Part shown: in pieces, positions 49,071 to 62,290 of the stretch
Layout of the letters: every line of letters begins with the position of its first letter
Numbering within the stretch: the first letter of the stretch is position 1
Assembly (NCBI GenBank): GCA_030324005.1
Contig: JARDVH010000042.1
Span: forward strand, 66,534,401 to 66,598,400
Direction: 5' to 3'
DNA from: Negaprion brevirostris
Taxonomy: Eukaryota
DNA length: 64,000 nt
The notes under the pieces: generated by a model
Databases searched by the model: none
Seen by the model: the letters and a program-made list of their open reading frames with translations, nothing else
What the model was told of the DNA's origin: nothing
Made by a program: the position numbers and the translations under genes

Positions 49071-51842
49071 CTGTAGATGGAGTTGCACTGGATTCAATAG
49101 GTAGGTCACTGTAAGTTACCATTATCAAATTCTGGCCTTCACCGCAGGTACAAGTCAGAATTAAAGGATGTCAAAAGTCACAGGAAAATAAATGAAGGAA
49201 GGCAGCAAATTGTTAGGCAAAGGGAACTGATAGCTTTTGAGGATTTTTTTCCAAGGAAAGTGGATTGAAATGTTTGTCAGAAGTAAAGACTCAACAGGTT
49301 GGTAAGTTAAAAAGTTAGGGATTTGCACATTAAGAGAAGTCGAGAAAAATTACTGTAAGAAATAAGAGCAAAGTTAGTTATAATGAAGCATAGCTAGTGA
49401 TGGTAGAAGTCTAAACAGGGACGAACAATAATGAAAAAAAAATAGAGAGAGAAACTGAACAATAATATTGAAATGTGCCAGATTTGTAAAAGGATGTAGT
49501 AAGGTGTACTTCTGGGTTTGATAATTGAGCTGAATTCACTAAGAAATTAGAGGATGTGAAAAAATGACTAATAAGGACACCATTTTTGTAAGTAACTGGA
49601 CTGTTTGCTGAACAAAAGGAAATGGTTTGGAAAAGAAAGGCTACATTTTAATTAAGCAGAAACCATGAGACTAATGAGGAAAAGAGAACAATCATAACAC
49701 ATTTATCCTGGATGATAAGTTAGTGGTTAAATGTAGGCAGACTGAAACAAGGGTCCCACGTGAGACTATGAAAATAACAGATGATAGCCAACAGATTAAT
49801 AAGAATTTATTAACTCATAATCTAGCCTCCAGAAAGTCAGACAGTGAGGGCACAAAAATGAATAAGGTGATTACATAGGAACATTAGAATTGTAACAAAA
49901 TGTTCAAATTAAATACCTGAAAAATAAAGGATGGAGAAAGGGTGCAGGAGTGAGATTAATTGGATAGCTCCACCAAATTGCTAGCGTGGTCATGGTGTGC
50001 TAAACCATTCTGAGCTGTATCAATCTATAATTCTGATTCCATGATACCAGAGCTGTTGTAGCAGTGGCAAAAATTAATTGGTAGGAATTACTGAAACTTT
50101 GTATATTCCAAAAGATAGCGGCAAATTCAACAGCATGGATAACAGATGCTCAAGAACAGTATTAGCGTGGAAAGATCTCTCAAGGTGTTTCAAAGGTACA
50201 AAGAAAACCAAGCTAATGAGAGCAAAATTGGAGATGGTAATGAAAAACTTGGTCAAATGGGCACTTTATTGAGATGGTCTTGGGTGAGAGGGGTTTAAGG
50301 AAGATATTCCTGAGAATGAGGTGTAGATAAGTAAAGGTGTAGCTATAACTAGTGGGGAAAGGGGAGGTGATGCATAAGAGGTCAGAGCAAGTGGAGTGGA
50401 AGGACCTGGGAGGTTATAGAGCTGAAGATCTTTATGGAGATAAGAAAAGGCGCACAGCCATAGAGGAATTTAAAAATAAGGAAAAGAAAAATACATTTAA
50501 GTTGAAAATGCTGACAGACTGGGTCAGCACTGAAGTACTGCTTTAGACTACATTAAAGTGCTTAAATTGGAGCTTGGGGAAGAAACTGCTTGGAGACCCA
50601 AGGCCGCAAACAAGGTCAACAGACCTTCCCATTGTCTGCCTCTCGCCTGTTCTGATTCCCATGGCGTTCAGGGCAGTAAACTACTGGCGCAGGAGTTAAA
50701 AACTTGCTTGATGGGGTGATTTTATGAAAACAATCAAGAGTGACGTAACAGGGGAAACAGGACAGGAAATCAGCACAAGAAGAGTGACAGCCTCGGTAAG
50801 TAAGACCTGGGGGGTATTTCTAATGCCCTGTCTTTAAGGTAAAAGTTGGTCTTTAGTCTAGATTAAGTAGAGTTTAAAGCATAAGAAGTTATATCTCTTA
50901 GAAGTAAAGGGAGTAATTTAAGGCTAAGTCATGATAAGGCAGCTCAGCCATATTGAATGCTCTTTCTGTGTGATGCAGAAAGTCAGGGTCTTTTCTAGTG
51001 TCCAGGGCAATTACATGTGCAGGAAGCATCTCCAGCTGCAGCTACTCAAAATCCACATTTTGGATCCGCAGCTGTGGCTAGAGTGCATCTGCCAGGCTGA
51101 GGTCTTTGTGAATAGCACATTAAGTGAGGTGGTCACACCACATGCAAAGAGTGCAAAGGCAGAAAGGGAACAGGTGACTGCCAGGCAGATTAGATAGTAG
51201 GCCAGTATTACAGGAGTCCCCTGAGTCCATCTCATTCTCTAACAGGTTTTCAATTTTTAGTACTGCTGAGAATGATAGTTTCTCAGGGGACTGCAGCAAA
51301 AGCCAAGTCTATAGCACCATGAATGGCTCAGCTGCAGACATGACACCAGGATGATATACTGCCTCTCTGGTGCCAGGGTTAAGGATATCACTGAGCAGCT
51401 GCAAGACATTCTGAAGAGTGAGGGTGAATAACCTGAGGCTGTGGTCCATATTGGGACAACGGGCTTGGTAAAAAGAAAGATGAGGTCCTACAAGCAAAAC
51501 ACAAGTAGCTAGGAAAAGAATTATAAAGCAAGACCTCAAAGGTAGTAATCTCAGGATTACGCCCACATGCTAGCAAGATCAGGAATAGGAAAAACAGACG
51601 AGATGAATGTCTGTTTGGAGAGATGATGTAGGTGACAGGGATTTAGATTCCTGAGGAATTGGGAACGGGAAGATGGGGCCTGTATAAGTTGGACGGGTTN
51701 NNNNNNNNNNNGGGACCAATATCCTTACAAGGATATTCACTAGTGCAGTAGGAGAGTTTAAACTACAGTGGCAAGTAGATGGGAACCTGAGCAAGGCAAC
51801 AAAGATGGAAACAAAGTTAGAAAAATAAACCTACAAATAATG

Positions 51843-52120
51843 GCAACATGGACAGCACAATGGTTAGCACTGCTGCCTCACAGGCTAGTGACCAGGTTCA
51901 ATTGCGGCTTTGGGTGACTGTATGGGGTTTGCACATTCTCCCTGTGGCTGCGTGGGTCTCCTCCTACAGTCCAAAATGTTCAGGTTAGTTTGATTGGACA
52001 TGCTAAATTACTTGTTAGTGTCTCAAGATATAAAGGTTAGTGGGGTAAATACATGGGGTTATAGGGCAAGACTGGGCAAGAATTGATGCAGACTCAATGG
52101 GCTGCAAGGTAAGGATTCTG
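51843..52120 (+). mobile_element. HE1 SINE nested in the CR1 between ORF1 and ORF2
   Basis: CACAATGGTTAGCACTGCTGCCTCACAGG...GTTTGCACATTCTCCCTGTG...GGACATGCTAAATT...CAGACTCAATGGGCTG. Confidence 0.8.
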
Positions 52121-54764
52121 TGACAAAAAGCAAAAGTGGAAGGCAGACGAAATAAAGGCTAGCAGCAAAGAGGACCATAGTATAAAAATGTTTAAAAGAC
52201 AAATCTAAATGTGCTATATCTGGATGCACGAAGCATTCACAGTAAGATGGATGAATTAACAGCATTAATAGGTGTAAGTGGATACACTAGGATTGTGGTA
52301 ACAAAGACATGACTGGGGAGTGAATATCCATGCGTACGCAATAATTAGGAAGGGAAAGTCAAAAAGGAAAAGGAAGTGAGGTGTATTNNNNNNNNNNNNN
52401 NNNNNNNNNNNNNNNNNNNNNNNNNNNNNNNNNNNNNNNNNNNNNNNNNNNNNNNNNNNNNNNNNNNNNNNNNNNNNNNNNNNNNNNCAAAAAGGAAAAG
52501 GAAGTGAGGTGTATTGTTAATAAAGGATTAAATCAGTGTAATAATGGGAAAGAATACCGACTGGGATAATCACGATATAGAAACAGTCTGGGCGGAGCTA
52601 AGAAACAATAAGGGGAGGAAAACATTAGTGCAAATTGCCTATTGGCCTCTGAACAGTAGTGGTAAGGTAGGGGACAACATTAAACAATAAATTAGAGATG
52701 CATGTAGCAATAATCATGGGTGACTTTAACCTACATATAGGCCAGGCAAATCAAATTAGCAATAGTATGGTGGATGAATTCCTGGAATGTGTACACGATG
52801 ATTTTTTAAATGAGTACACTGAGGAACCAACAAGGAAAAGGCTATCCTTGATTTTGTATTATGCAATGAGAAAAGGTTAAATAATAATCTTGTTGTGTGG
52901 GGTCCTTTAGGGAAGAGTGACCATAATGTGCTGGAATTCTTTATTAGGATGGAAAGTGAAACTAGAAGACTAGGGTCCTAAATCTAACAAAGGAAATTAC
53001 AAAGGTATGAGAGGTGAGTTGGCTACAATAGATCAGGGAATTCGTTAAAAGGCATGATGGTGAATAGGCAGAGGCTAATATTTAAAGAATAATTTCATGC
53101 ATTGCAACAGTTATATATTCCTTTCTGGCACAAAACCACAACAGGAGAAGTGGCCCAATCATGACTAACAAAAGAAATTAAGGATAATACTGAAGAGAGG
53201 TCATATCAAATTGCTAGAATAGGTAGCAAGCTCAAGGAGTGGGAACAAATCAGAATTCAGCAAAGAAGGACCAAGAGATTGTTAAGAGGGAAAGAAAATA
53301 TGAGAGTAAACATACAATGAACATAGAAATCAGTTATAAAAGTTTCTATAAGTATGTAAAAGAAAATAAAAGTGAGGACAAATGTAGATCCTTTATAGTA
53401 CAAAACGGGAGAATTCATAATGGAAACAAGGAAATGCCAGAGCAATTAAACAACTACTTTAGTTCTGCCTTAAAGGAACAAGACAACAAATAATTCCCCA
53501 GAAATACTCAGGAACCAAGGATCTCGTGAGAAGGTGGAATTGAAGAAAATTGGTATTGGTAAAAAATTGGTGCTCAAGAAATTAATAGGACTAAAAGTCA
53601 ATAAATCCACAGGGCCTGATAATCTACATCCCATGGAACTAAAGGAGGTGGCCACAGAAATAGTGGATGTGCTGCCCGTCATGTTCCAAAATTCTGTAGA
53701 TTTTGGAACAGTCTGAGCAGATTGGTTGGCAACAAATGTAATCCTACTATTTAAAAAAGGAAGGAGGGAAAATAACAAGGAACTACTGTGCAGTTAGTCA
53801 ACATCAGCCATAGGGAAAATGCTGGACTTTATTATGAAGGATGTAATAACAGGACACTTAGATAACATCAACAGAAATGGACAAAGTCAACATGGATTTA
53901 TGGAAGGGAAATCATGGTTGACAAACCTACTAGAGTTTTTTGAGGATGTAATAAGTGGAATAAATAAGAGTGAACCAGTTAATATGGTGTATTTGGATAT
54001 TCAGAAACTTTTTGACAAAATGCCATATAAGGGGTTAGCTTGCAAAATTAAAGCACATGGGATTCGGGGTAAGATATTAGCATGGGTTGAGAATTGAACT
54101 AGCAGACAGGAAACTAAGTACAAATAAATCAGTCATTTTTTTAAGTGGTAGACAGTGACAAGAGGGTACTGCAGGGATCAGTGCTTGGTTTGCAACTACT
54201 CACAACATATATAAATGATTTGGATGAGGGAACTAAACACAATACTTCCAAGTTTGCTGATAACACAAAACTAGGTAGGAATGTGAGTGGTGAGGAGGAT
54301 GTAAAAAAGCTTCAAGACAATTCAGAGAAGTTGATTGAGTGGACAAACACAAGGTAGATGCTGTGCAACACGGACAATTGTGAAGCTTGCACTTCAGTTG
54401 GTAAAACAGAATGGCAGAATATTATCTAAATGGTGATAGATTGAAAAATGATGTACGAAGAGCTCTGGCTATCATTGTGCACAAGTCAGTGAAAGCAAGC
54501 ATGCTGTGCAACAAATAATTAGGAAGATATACAGTATGTTGGCCTTCATTGTAAGAGGATTTGACTATAGGCGCAAATATGTCTTACTGCAGCTGTACAG
54601 GGCCTTGATGAGACCACACCTGGAGTATTATGTAGNNNNNNNNNNTTGCCACCGAGGGAGTTCAGGAAAGGCTCACCAAACTGATTCCTGGGATGGTAGT
54701 ATTGTGTATGAGGAGAGATTGGGGAGAGTGGATTTGTGAAGACTGGAATTTAGAAGAATAAAAA

Positions 54765-55012
54765 GCGATAGGGTTGTGAGTCTGTGGAATTCCCTGTCCA
54801 AAGAAGCAGTGAGGCTATCTCATTGAATGTTTTTAAGGCAAGGATACTTAAATTTTTGAACAGTAAAGGAATTAAGGGTTAGGAAGTAGGAATTAGAGTG
54901 AGCAGTTGGGTAAGTGGAGCTGAGTCCACGATAAGATCAGCCATGGTCTTATTGAATGATGCAGCAGGCTCAAGAGGCCAGATGACCTACTCCTGTTTCT
55001 AGTTCTTATGTT
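54765..55012 (+). mobile_element. Younger CR1 3' end inserted into the older CR1
   Basis: A complete 3' UTR and tail (...GACCTACTCCTGTTTCTAGTTCTTATGTT) interrupts LEFRRI; the host ORF2 resumes at GATATCATTGAAACATAAAATTCTGACAGG. Confidence 0.65.
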
Positions 55013-57084
55013 ATTTTGATATCATTGAAACATAAAATTCTGACAGGCTGGACATATTAGGTGGAAGAATGATATTCTCCCTGACTGGGGATCTAAAACA
55101 AGGGGTCACAGTTGCAGGATATGCAGAAGGCAATTTAGGCCTGAGATAGGCTCAGACAGTAGGAATAAATGCAATGTTAAAAATGGGGCTGATTGAGCAG
55201 CTGCGGAGAAGGGACTTTTCCCCTGCACCACCCAATGTCAGTCAAAAGATTAAACGGGGTCTTCTCATACTGCAGCTTCTGAGAGAGAAAGGGGAGCCCG
55301 TTCTCCTGAATGGAGTACTTCTGGGACTTGGAAGCCTGCCAGGTATCCAGGGGGCATGGGGTTTAAAGTGACCAGCCCATTCTAAAGTTTTCAGTCCATA
55401 GACCAGAATTAAAACTTTTGATCAGAGAGATCCCAGAAATCACCATACCAACCATGATGTTCAGGTTTACCCAGGCTAGAAGGGACCAGCCATGAGATAC
55501 TTGCATCCCAGGGAAGAATCCCTAGCTCAACCTCTTACTCTCATATCACTGTGGTGTTGAAGAGGGGAGGGTTACCCGTTATTTGAGCATTGGAGGGGTT
55601 GCTGGTGCTCCCCTGGACTTTTGGGGTCCAGAACACCAGATCAACGCAGGTCATTAGCAGACCAGTCTATTTCCCACTGGAGAGGAGGGTGAACGGTGGG
55701 GGAGGGGTTGGTAAATGGTATGTCAAACCGTGATTTGTATTACAGTCTGTATTCCTATTCGCTATGGGTGGGAACCTGATCAGGGCTGGCGGGACAGGTC
55801 AGGTGAATCCCAGTTGTCTTAACACCCATTGAGAATACCGGTTTATGATAGATGCCCCATTTAGCAGGGCATCGGGAATCCTGTGGCCCCTCTGAGAAAC
55901 CCATTTGACTGTTAAAATACAATATGTAAAGTGAAATCTTGTTTATTCATTTTTCATTGTGATCATTTGGTGATCATTTCTTTGCCGTTCCCAACAGGTA
56001 TTCACACAATCATAGAATCCCTACAGTGCAGGAGGAGACCATTTGGCCCATCGAGTTTGTGTTGTGAGGCAGCAGTGTTAACCAATGTGCCCCATGGTAT
56101 TGTATGGAACAATTAAAACATTAATACAGTTAAATTTTGTTCCATATTTATCAAAAATACTGCAATATACTTACAGCCTGGGATGAATTCATCCTTTACT
56201 TACATCATTAGCAGACACTAATTACTGGGGAGAAATCAACCTGATTTTTGTTGATTTTTAAAAATTAAATAATGACCCCACAATATCGGAAACAACTTCA
56301 GGCTAATCCCTGTCGGAGGACTAATTTGCACCCTCTCTAAAGGAGATGGGCCTAGTTGTGATGCAACTTTGATTTAAACTTCATTTGTTAAATCTATCAG
56401 ATTGACACCTCCCCCCACCCATCCCCTGCTACATCCCCATGGCTATACTTCGAAAGCAGTATTTAAAATTGACTAGCGCTTTGGGATATCCTGAGATGGT
56501 GAATGATGAGAAATACTTTATAGAACAGTAGATGGCACTGCAGTTCAAGCAGGCTGCAGGTAGCCATGATACATAATGATTCAATGTATTAAAGTTATGT
56601 TTGACAGGTTAACTAATTAAAACATGGAGTGGGACAGACTGCTTTATAAACCTGTCAGCTGAAGGAAAATGAGAATGACTACATGGNNNNNNNNNNNNNN
56701 NNNNNNNNNNNNNNNNNNNNNNNNNNNNNNNNNNNNNNNNNNNNNNNNNNNNNNNNNNNNNNNNNNNNNNNNNNNNNNNNNNNNNNGGTTGATCTGCTCT
56801 TTTTATGGTGGGGGAAGATTTTCCTCTGTGCTGACGGGTTGGAGATGCTCCTCTTGTCAGTAGGGGTCACGGTTCCTATTGAAAGGGGTGGGGGATAATG
56901 TGACCTCTCAGTGACTGCAGAGATCGAGGCACCCTTCCAATGTCTGAACTGTCAGTCTAGCCGGCATTTCTCCCACAGTGCATAAATTTGCATCACTCAA
57001 GTAGGAGAGGCTTACCTGGGAGTTGCTACTAACACCAGCAGGAGGTACTCCCATTTCCCTGCTGGCGAAGGGACTTGGAGTCCC

Positions 57085-57395
57085 ATTCAGAGAATCAGAG
57101 ATATTGAACCAAGACCTTTTCTGTGCTCTTAAGTGAATATAAAGGATCCATGGCACTGTTTTGAAGAAAAGCAAGGGGTTTATTCAAACATTGCAGCTAA
57201 TAATTATCTCTCAATCAATAACACTAAATATTCATTGTCTGGTTATCATCATCATATTGCAATTTGTGAGGATTTCCATGCACTAATTGACTGCCATCTT
57301 TCCTACATTACAACAATATACTTCAAAAGTACTTAACTAACTGTAAAGTACTTTGTGATATCCTGAGTTGGTGAAAGGCAATTTATAATCATTTC
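57085..57395 (+). mobile_element. DeuSINE core and tail
   Basis: TAAAGGATCCATGGCACTGTTTTGAAGAA...TCTGGTTATCATC...TTCCTACATTACAAC..CTTCAAAAGTACTT...CTGTAAAGTACTTTG...GTGAAAGGC. Confidence 0.7.
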
Positions 57396-57399
57396 CATT

Positions 57400-57880
57400 A
57401 TTTCCAAGGTTTTGGACAGGTTAGGATATGAGCAGGATTTTAGATAAGCTAGAGGTGTTTTTGAAGATTTTGCAGGGGCTGGGGGTGGTGAGTGGAAGAT
57501 AGAAGGCTGTACCAAAGTCTGGCAATGAAAAAAAACAGATGTGATGGCTTCCATCATGGAGATGGAAGAGAGAGGAAACAGTGAGAGATATGGGGACCTA
57601 TGGAAGATAAGCAGGGACAGGGAGGAAAGGAAGAACTAGGGATTGGGGTTTGGAAGCAGATATAAAAGTGAAAGCAAGCTGAAGGATGGAGGCTCTGGAG
57701 AAATGGAAGAATTAAGATTGGTGCAGGAGTTTAAACAGGAAAGAAGTTGGGGGAAATTGGGGGAGCTTGAGGGAAAGTGGAGGCAACTGGGGAAATAGGC
57801 TTGGTAATGTGGAACTGAGAAGAAAATAAAATGGGGGTTAAGGACGGAGTTTAGGTGAGAGTGATTTCAGTTCAGAGCAT
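57400..57880 (-). mobile_element. L2 LINE RT N-terminal fragment
   Basis: PAKSSKTPLAYLKSCSYPNLSKTLE resembles NYRPISNLPFLSK.LE. The plus strand is purine-rich, as expected for antisense L2. Confidence 0.45.
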
Positions 57881-58243
57881 TTGCAAGTGTTCGATTGGTG
57901 TCACAAGTCTATTATACTTGTGGTATTAATAAACAGCAATTTCAGGTGCACATCAACATTAAAAAGTAACAACAGAAATCTGAAGTGAAAGGAGCAAGCA
58001 GAATATCGAGATTGCTCAAGTAAGGAAATGACAGATCGTCAGCTCAACAGAGTCCCATTTTGACAGAGTGTTTATTTAACTCGGGGAATTTGGCAAGTAA
58101 AGGAATTCAGCACAGTGTGGGTTTAGGTATTGTTCTGTAAGTAGATGATTAATTGGTGAGTTTTAAGGTTTCTTCATTTCTCTAAACTAGGGCAGGAGTT
58201 TAAACCAGGACCAGGGAAGTACAAGAACTGTATTAATTCATGG

Positions 58244-58314
58244 CTTAAATATTTAAACTACTTTATACAATTACAAATAAGTATTTGTAATTGTATGTAG
58301 TTTAAATATTTAAG
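58244..58314. repeat. AT-rich near-perfect palindrome (33-bp arms)
   Basis: CTTAAATATTTAAACTAC-ttt-ATACAATTACAAATA-ag-TATTTGTAATTGTAT-GTAGTTTAAATATTTAAG. Confidence 0.9.
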
Positions 58315-59211
58315 ACTTTAAATATTTAAGACTTTAATTCATCAAATAAATAAAATAAGATTGGTTTATGAGATGGCAGAATAGATTACGTATCTGCACT
58401 GCAGTATGTGATAGCTTGCAGATGCCAAGAGTCATGAGCAAACAGGTCTGCGGAAGGTGCCTCCATCTCAAAATCTCCTTTCACTACTCTGATCTTAATT
58501 GGATAGGAGATTGGTAAAAACAATAAGGGAATACAGTTCCCACCATGTGTGCAGGATGTCTTTCTAACCCAATATGTAAAAATTCCATCCAAGGGTAGGT
58601 TCACCATTAAATCAAGCAATGGGAGGTGAAACAGAGCAGATACAAGTAAAGGTAAGGGGACATGTAGACAATAGTGACCCTAATACAATACTTTGAAAAT
58701 GATGATAAAGAAGTATGTAAGTATGATGAAAGGCAGGCTAAAAGACTGGAACAAAGTTGATTTTAAATGATTTGAAAATGGGACTGAGCAATTAGAATAT
58801 TGGCAAAAAGATAATTTAGATCAACAATGGAAACATTTAAAATAATGTTCACCAGAAAAATATATTCCACTAACAACTGAGCACTGCTGTCCAAAATTAC
58901 AGGAAGACATTAATAGACCTACAGAATTTGCAAATAATTGGCAAATAAAATTTAACAGGTTAATATGAGGTAGTAAATTTTAGCAGAATGGTAAAAAAGG
59001 GCAGATCTAAAAGAAACAGTATAAATGTAATGAGTTAGAGCATGAGAACATAGGAAAGGATAAACTAAGGTAGGACATTAATGGCAAGGGAATACATAGG
59101 ATTATAGAACATGAGTCTAAAATTAGGTTAAATATATAGTGAGCAGAAATTCTATTATTTGGAAAGCGCAAGTCTAGGTAGGGTAAAAGAATGAAGAGAT
59201 TTTGGAGTATA

Positions 59212-59545
59212 AGAACCATAGAAACCCTACAGGACAGAAGGGTGCTGTTTGACCCATTGAGATTGCCCTGATTCTCCGAAAGAGCATCTTACTCAGGCCC
59301 AAGCCCCCAGCCTGTCCCTGTAACCCCATGCTTTTACCATGGCTAATCCACGATACTGCACATCTTTGGACATTAAGGTGCAATTTAGCATGGCCAATCA
59401 ACCCAAGCTGCACATCTTTGGACTGTGCAAGGAAACCAGAGCACACAGAGGAAATCCATGCAGTCACAGACAGAACGTGCAAACTCCACACAAACAGTCA
59501 CCCAAGACTGGAATCCAACCCACATCCTTGGTTTGTACCACAGGT
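59212..59545 (-). mobile_element. HE1 SINE
   Basis: CATAGAAACCCTACAG...CAATTTAGCATGGCCAATCAACC...GCAAACTCCACACAAACAGTCACCCAAGACTGGAATCCAACC. Confidence 0.88.
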
Positions 59546-60337
59546 TAGCAAAACCATATAAAACAAGCCAACCAAGCACCAGGAATAGAACTGAAAAGTA
59601 AGCAAGTTGTGCTAAATCCATATCAAACCTTAATTATACCATATCTGGGAGTATTGCATGTAGTTCCACTCACCAAATTATAAAAACAATGTGGTGGGAG
59701 TAGAGAGGGTGCAGAGAAGATTTACAACATTCATACTAGAAATTTGTGTGTATACTTATCAGGAAAGAATTGGCAGGCTGGAACTCTTCTTGAAAAAGAA
59801 GAACTGATGGGTCTCCTAATAAAGATGTTTAAAGTTCTGAAACGTACAAATGAAATGGATTCAAAGACTGGGGGAAGGTCACAAGTAGAAGCCATTATCC
59901 TAAGATAGAATTTTTTGTGACTATCAGGAATTCAAAGAAAACTCTTTCCCCAGTGAGTGGTGAGAACGTGGAACTCGCTGCCACAGAGAAAGGTTGAAGC
60001 AAAAAATTGCATTTAAGAGAAGCTAGAAATGCCTATGCATGAAAAGAGATGGTCACAATGTTAGATTTAGTTGGAAGAAAGATGGGAGGTGACTCAGCGG
60101 AGGGAACATAAACATGGATACGGACTTGATGGACCAAAATAGCCTTTTTCTGCTCAATATGTATAGTACTACACTAATTGGATTTCACATTTGATATAAA
60201 ACAACTCCAGAGAAAAACTGAAGTTTAGAAAATGTCTTCATAGTTCTCATAAATAGTCAGGCCCTCCAATACCTTAATATAAAAACATGTTTATATTAAA
60301 TTACTATTGCTCCCACTTCTTTTCTTTATGTTATTAG

Positions 60338-60418
60338 TTAACTGCCTAAAAACAGAGTTCTCTGCTTCAAACACTGATGTGCAGAAACATTTCTGGAATG
60401 GAGTAATTGCAAATTACA
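60338..60418 (+). CDS. Candidate 81-nt phase-1/phase-1 exon of an unidentified gene
   Basis: Polypyrimidine acceptor CTCCCACTTCTTTTCTTTATGTTATTAG and donor ACA|GTAAGC. Open as xNCLKTEFSASNTDVQKHFWNGVIANY. No homology recognised. Confidence 0.2.
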
Positions 60419-61784
60419 GTAAGCTGCAAACAGCAACATAACTGCAGTCTGCCAGCTGAACCTGACACCAGTGCAGATATCATTATCAGGCAAGGAGCAA
60501 CATTCTTTTTTAAAAACACTATTCATCTCAGTTTTTTCCTTGGTTAGCTGAGAGCACAGCATCTATCATAGACTACTATAAGAAATAAAGAAACGTGTCC
60601 ACCTGTTCAGTCTCTAAATGGATCAATTATTCAGCAACTGTGACAATCAACAACCATGGTCTCTTGGGACACTTGTCTGATATTAGCAGACTGCAGCTAC
60701 TTTCCCAGAAATACCTGCCAAATTGTACAAAGGAGACCTTCAACAAATTATCTTCCTAAAGATAAGAAGCAAAATAACAAATGCTGACAAGCTGAAATGT
60801 AAAAGCAGTGGTTGTTTGAAAGGCACGTCAATCAGCTTCTGAAGATGTAGAACAAAAGATTGTTATATGGGTGAAACTTTTATTTTATCAAATACTGGGG
60901 TGGGACAAACAACACAATTATACATGCCTAATAATTATTGCAGATGATCTGAAATGTGAAAACCCTGAACTACAATTTTCTGCTTTTGGAATTATTTCAA
61001 GTTTTGGCAAAGGTACAGACTCATTCATATTTAATGACTAAATATTGCTTTTTTAATAGAATGATAACAACACAAGGCGGCCATTCAGTCACTAAGCACC
61101 TATTTAAGAGTTACACAATTTGTCCCATTCCCCTACTGTTTCTTCACGCTCCTGCAACTGTTTTCCAACAAATGCTAAAGATTAATATTGGTTCTGCTTT
61201 TACAGGCACAATCATGACTAAATTCATTAATGCCTGAAATAAAGCACAACTTCAGTGTTCCAGAGAGATGCTGCACCAGTNNNNNNNNNNNNNNNNNNNN
61301 NNNNNNNNNNNNNNNNNNNNNNNNNNNNNNNNNNNNNNNNNNNNNNNNNNNNNNNNNNNNNNNNNNNNNNNNNNNNNNNNAGAGAGATGCTGCACCAGTA
61401 GAGACTCAAGAACTGCGCTAAACTTCTCCTTGGCTTTATCATCATAATTCAGACAAGCTGTGAAAACCATTCAGATACTCCAATGCCACTTATCTGTTGG
61501 GACATAACCAACTTTGGCTAACACCAAGCTGTGAAATGGGCCAACAGCAGTTGGAAGGTATTTTGCCAAGCTAGGAGGAGCAGTCCTTTCCTTCTGATTC
61601 TACAAAAAGGACATTTCAGGGGAATCTGGGCCTCTTTTAATGCAATGTCCAAAGGTCCCTTTAGGATCTGCAAGACAGTCCACTCAGAACCCAGAAATAC
61701 TGGTCAAAAGTGTAGCCATCCAGATTGGAAATAAGCATTTCAATATCGGAATCAGAATTGGTAAAGAGCAAGGAAATGGAAGTA

Positions 61785-62290
61785 AGATAAAAGCAAAATA
61801 CTTTGGATTCTGGAATCTGAAACAAAAACGGAAAATGCTGAACAATCTTGGCATAGTGGTTAGCACCGCTGCCTCAGGTCCAGGGACCCGGGTTCAATTC
61901 CGGCTTGGCTCACAATCTGTGTGGAGTCTGCACATTCTCCCCGTGGTTTGCGTGGGATTCCTCCAGGTGCTCTGGTTTCTTCCCACAGTCCGAAGAACGT
62001 GCTGATTAGGTGCATTGGCCATGCTACATTCTCTCTCAGTGTACCCGTACAGGTGCCAGAGTGTGGCAAAAAGGGGATTTTCATAATAACTTTATTGCAT
62101 TGTTAATGTAAGCCTACTTGTGATACTAATAAGTAAAACTAAAATAATAACGCCTGACAGCATCTGTGGAGAGACAATGGAGTCAGCATTGAATCAGAAT
62201 GACCAAAATGATTCAAAATGTTGGCTCTATTCTCTCTGCACAGATTCTGCCAGACCTGCTGAGATTTTCCAGCATTTTCTGTTTTTGTTG
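61785..62290. mobile_element. Penelope-derived inverted repeat split by an alternative-tail HE1 SINE (61850-62145, +)
   Basis: CTGGAATCTGAAACAAAAACGGAAAATGCTG, then the SINE, then GACAGCATCTGTGGAGAGA...CTCTCTGCACAGATTCTGCCAGACCTGCTGAGATTTTCCAGCATTTTC. Confidence 0.75.

Larger units (their letters stand above)
50720..55150 (+). mobile_element. Near full-length CR1 (HER1-like) LINE, decayed: ORF1 (zinc finger plus SGNH esterase) and ORF2 (EN, RT)
   Basis: ORF1 ECSFCVM...YMCRKHLQLQLL and CLSGARVKDITEQLQDIL..EAVVHIGT. EN IIMGDFNLH and LGKSDHN. RT KSTGPDNLHP, SQHGFMEGKSWLTNLLEFFEDV, QGSVLG..YINDLDEG...KFADNTKLG. Confidence 0.92.
57990..60160 (+). mobile_element. Highly deleted CR1 LINE (5' region, ORF fragments, 3' end)
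   Basis: ORF1-start-like ATGGCAG...TGCAGTATGTG, HIWEYCM, VERVQRRFT, RVVRTWNSLP-like motifs, and tail GGACTTGATGGACCAAAATAGCC. Confidence 0.6.

Noticed and set aside
56165-56235. Two GTAAGT donors and an acceptor on the minus strand
   Set aside because: The implied exon has stops in all frames.
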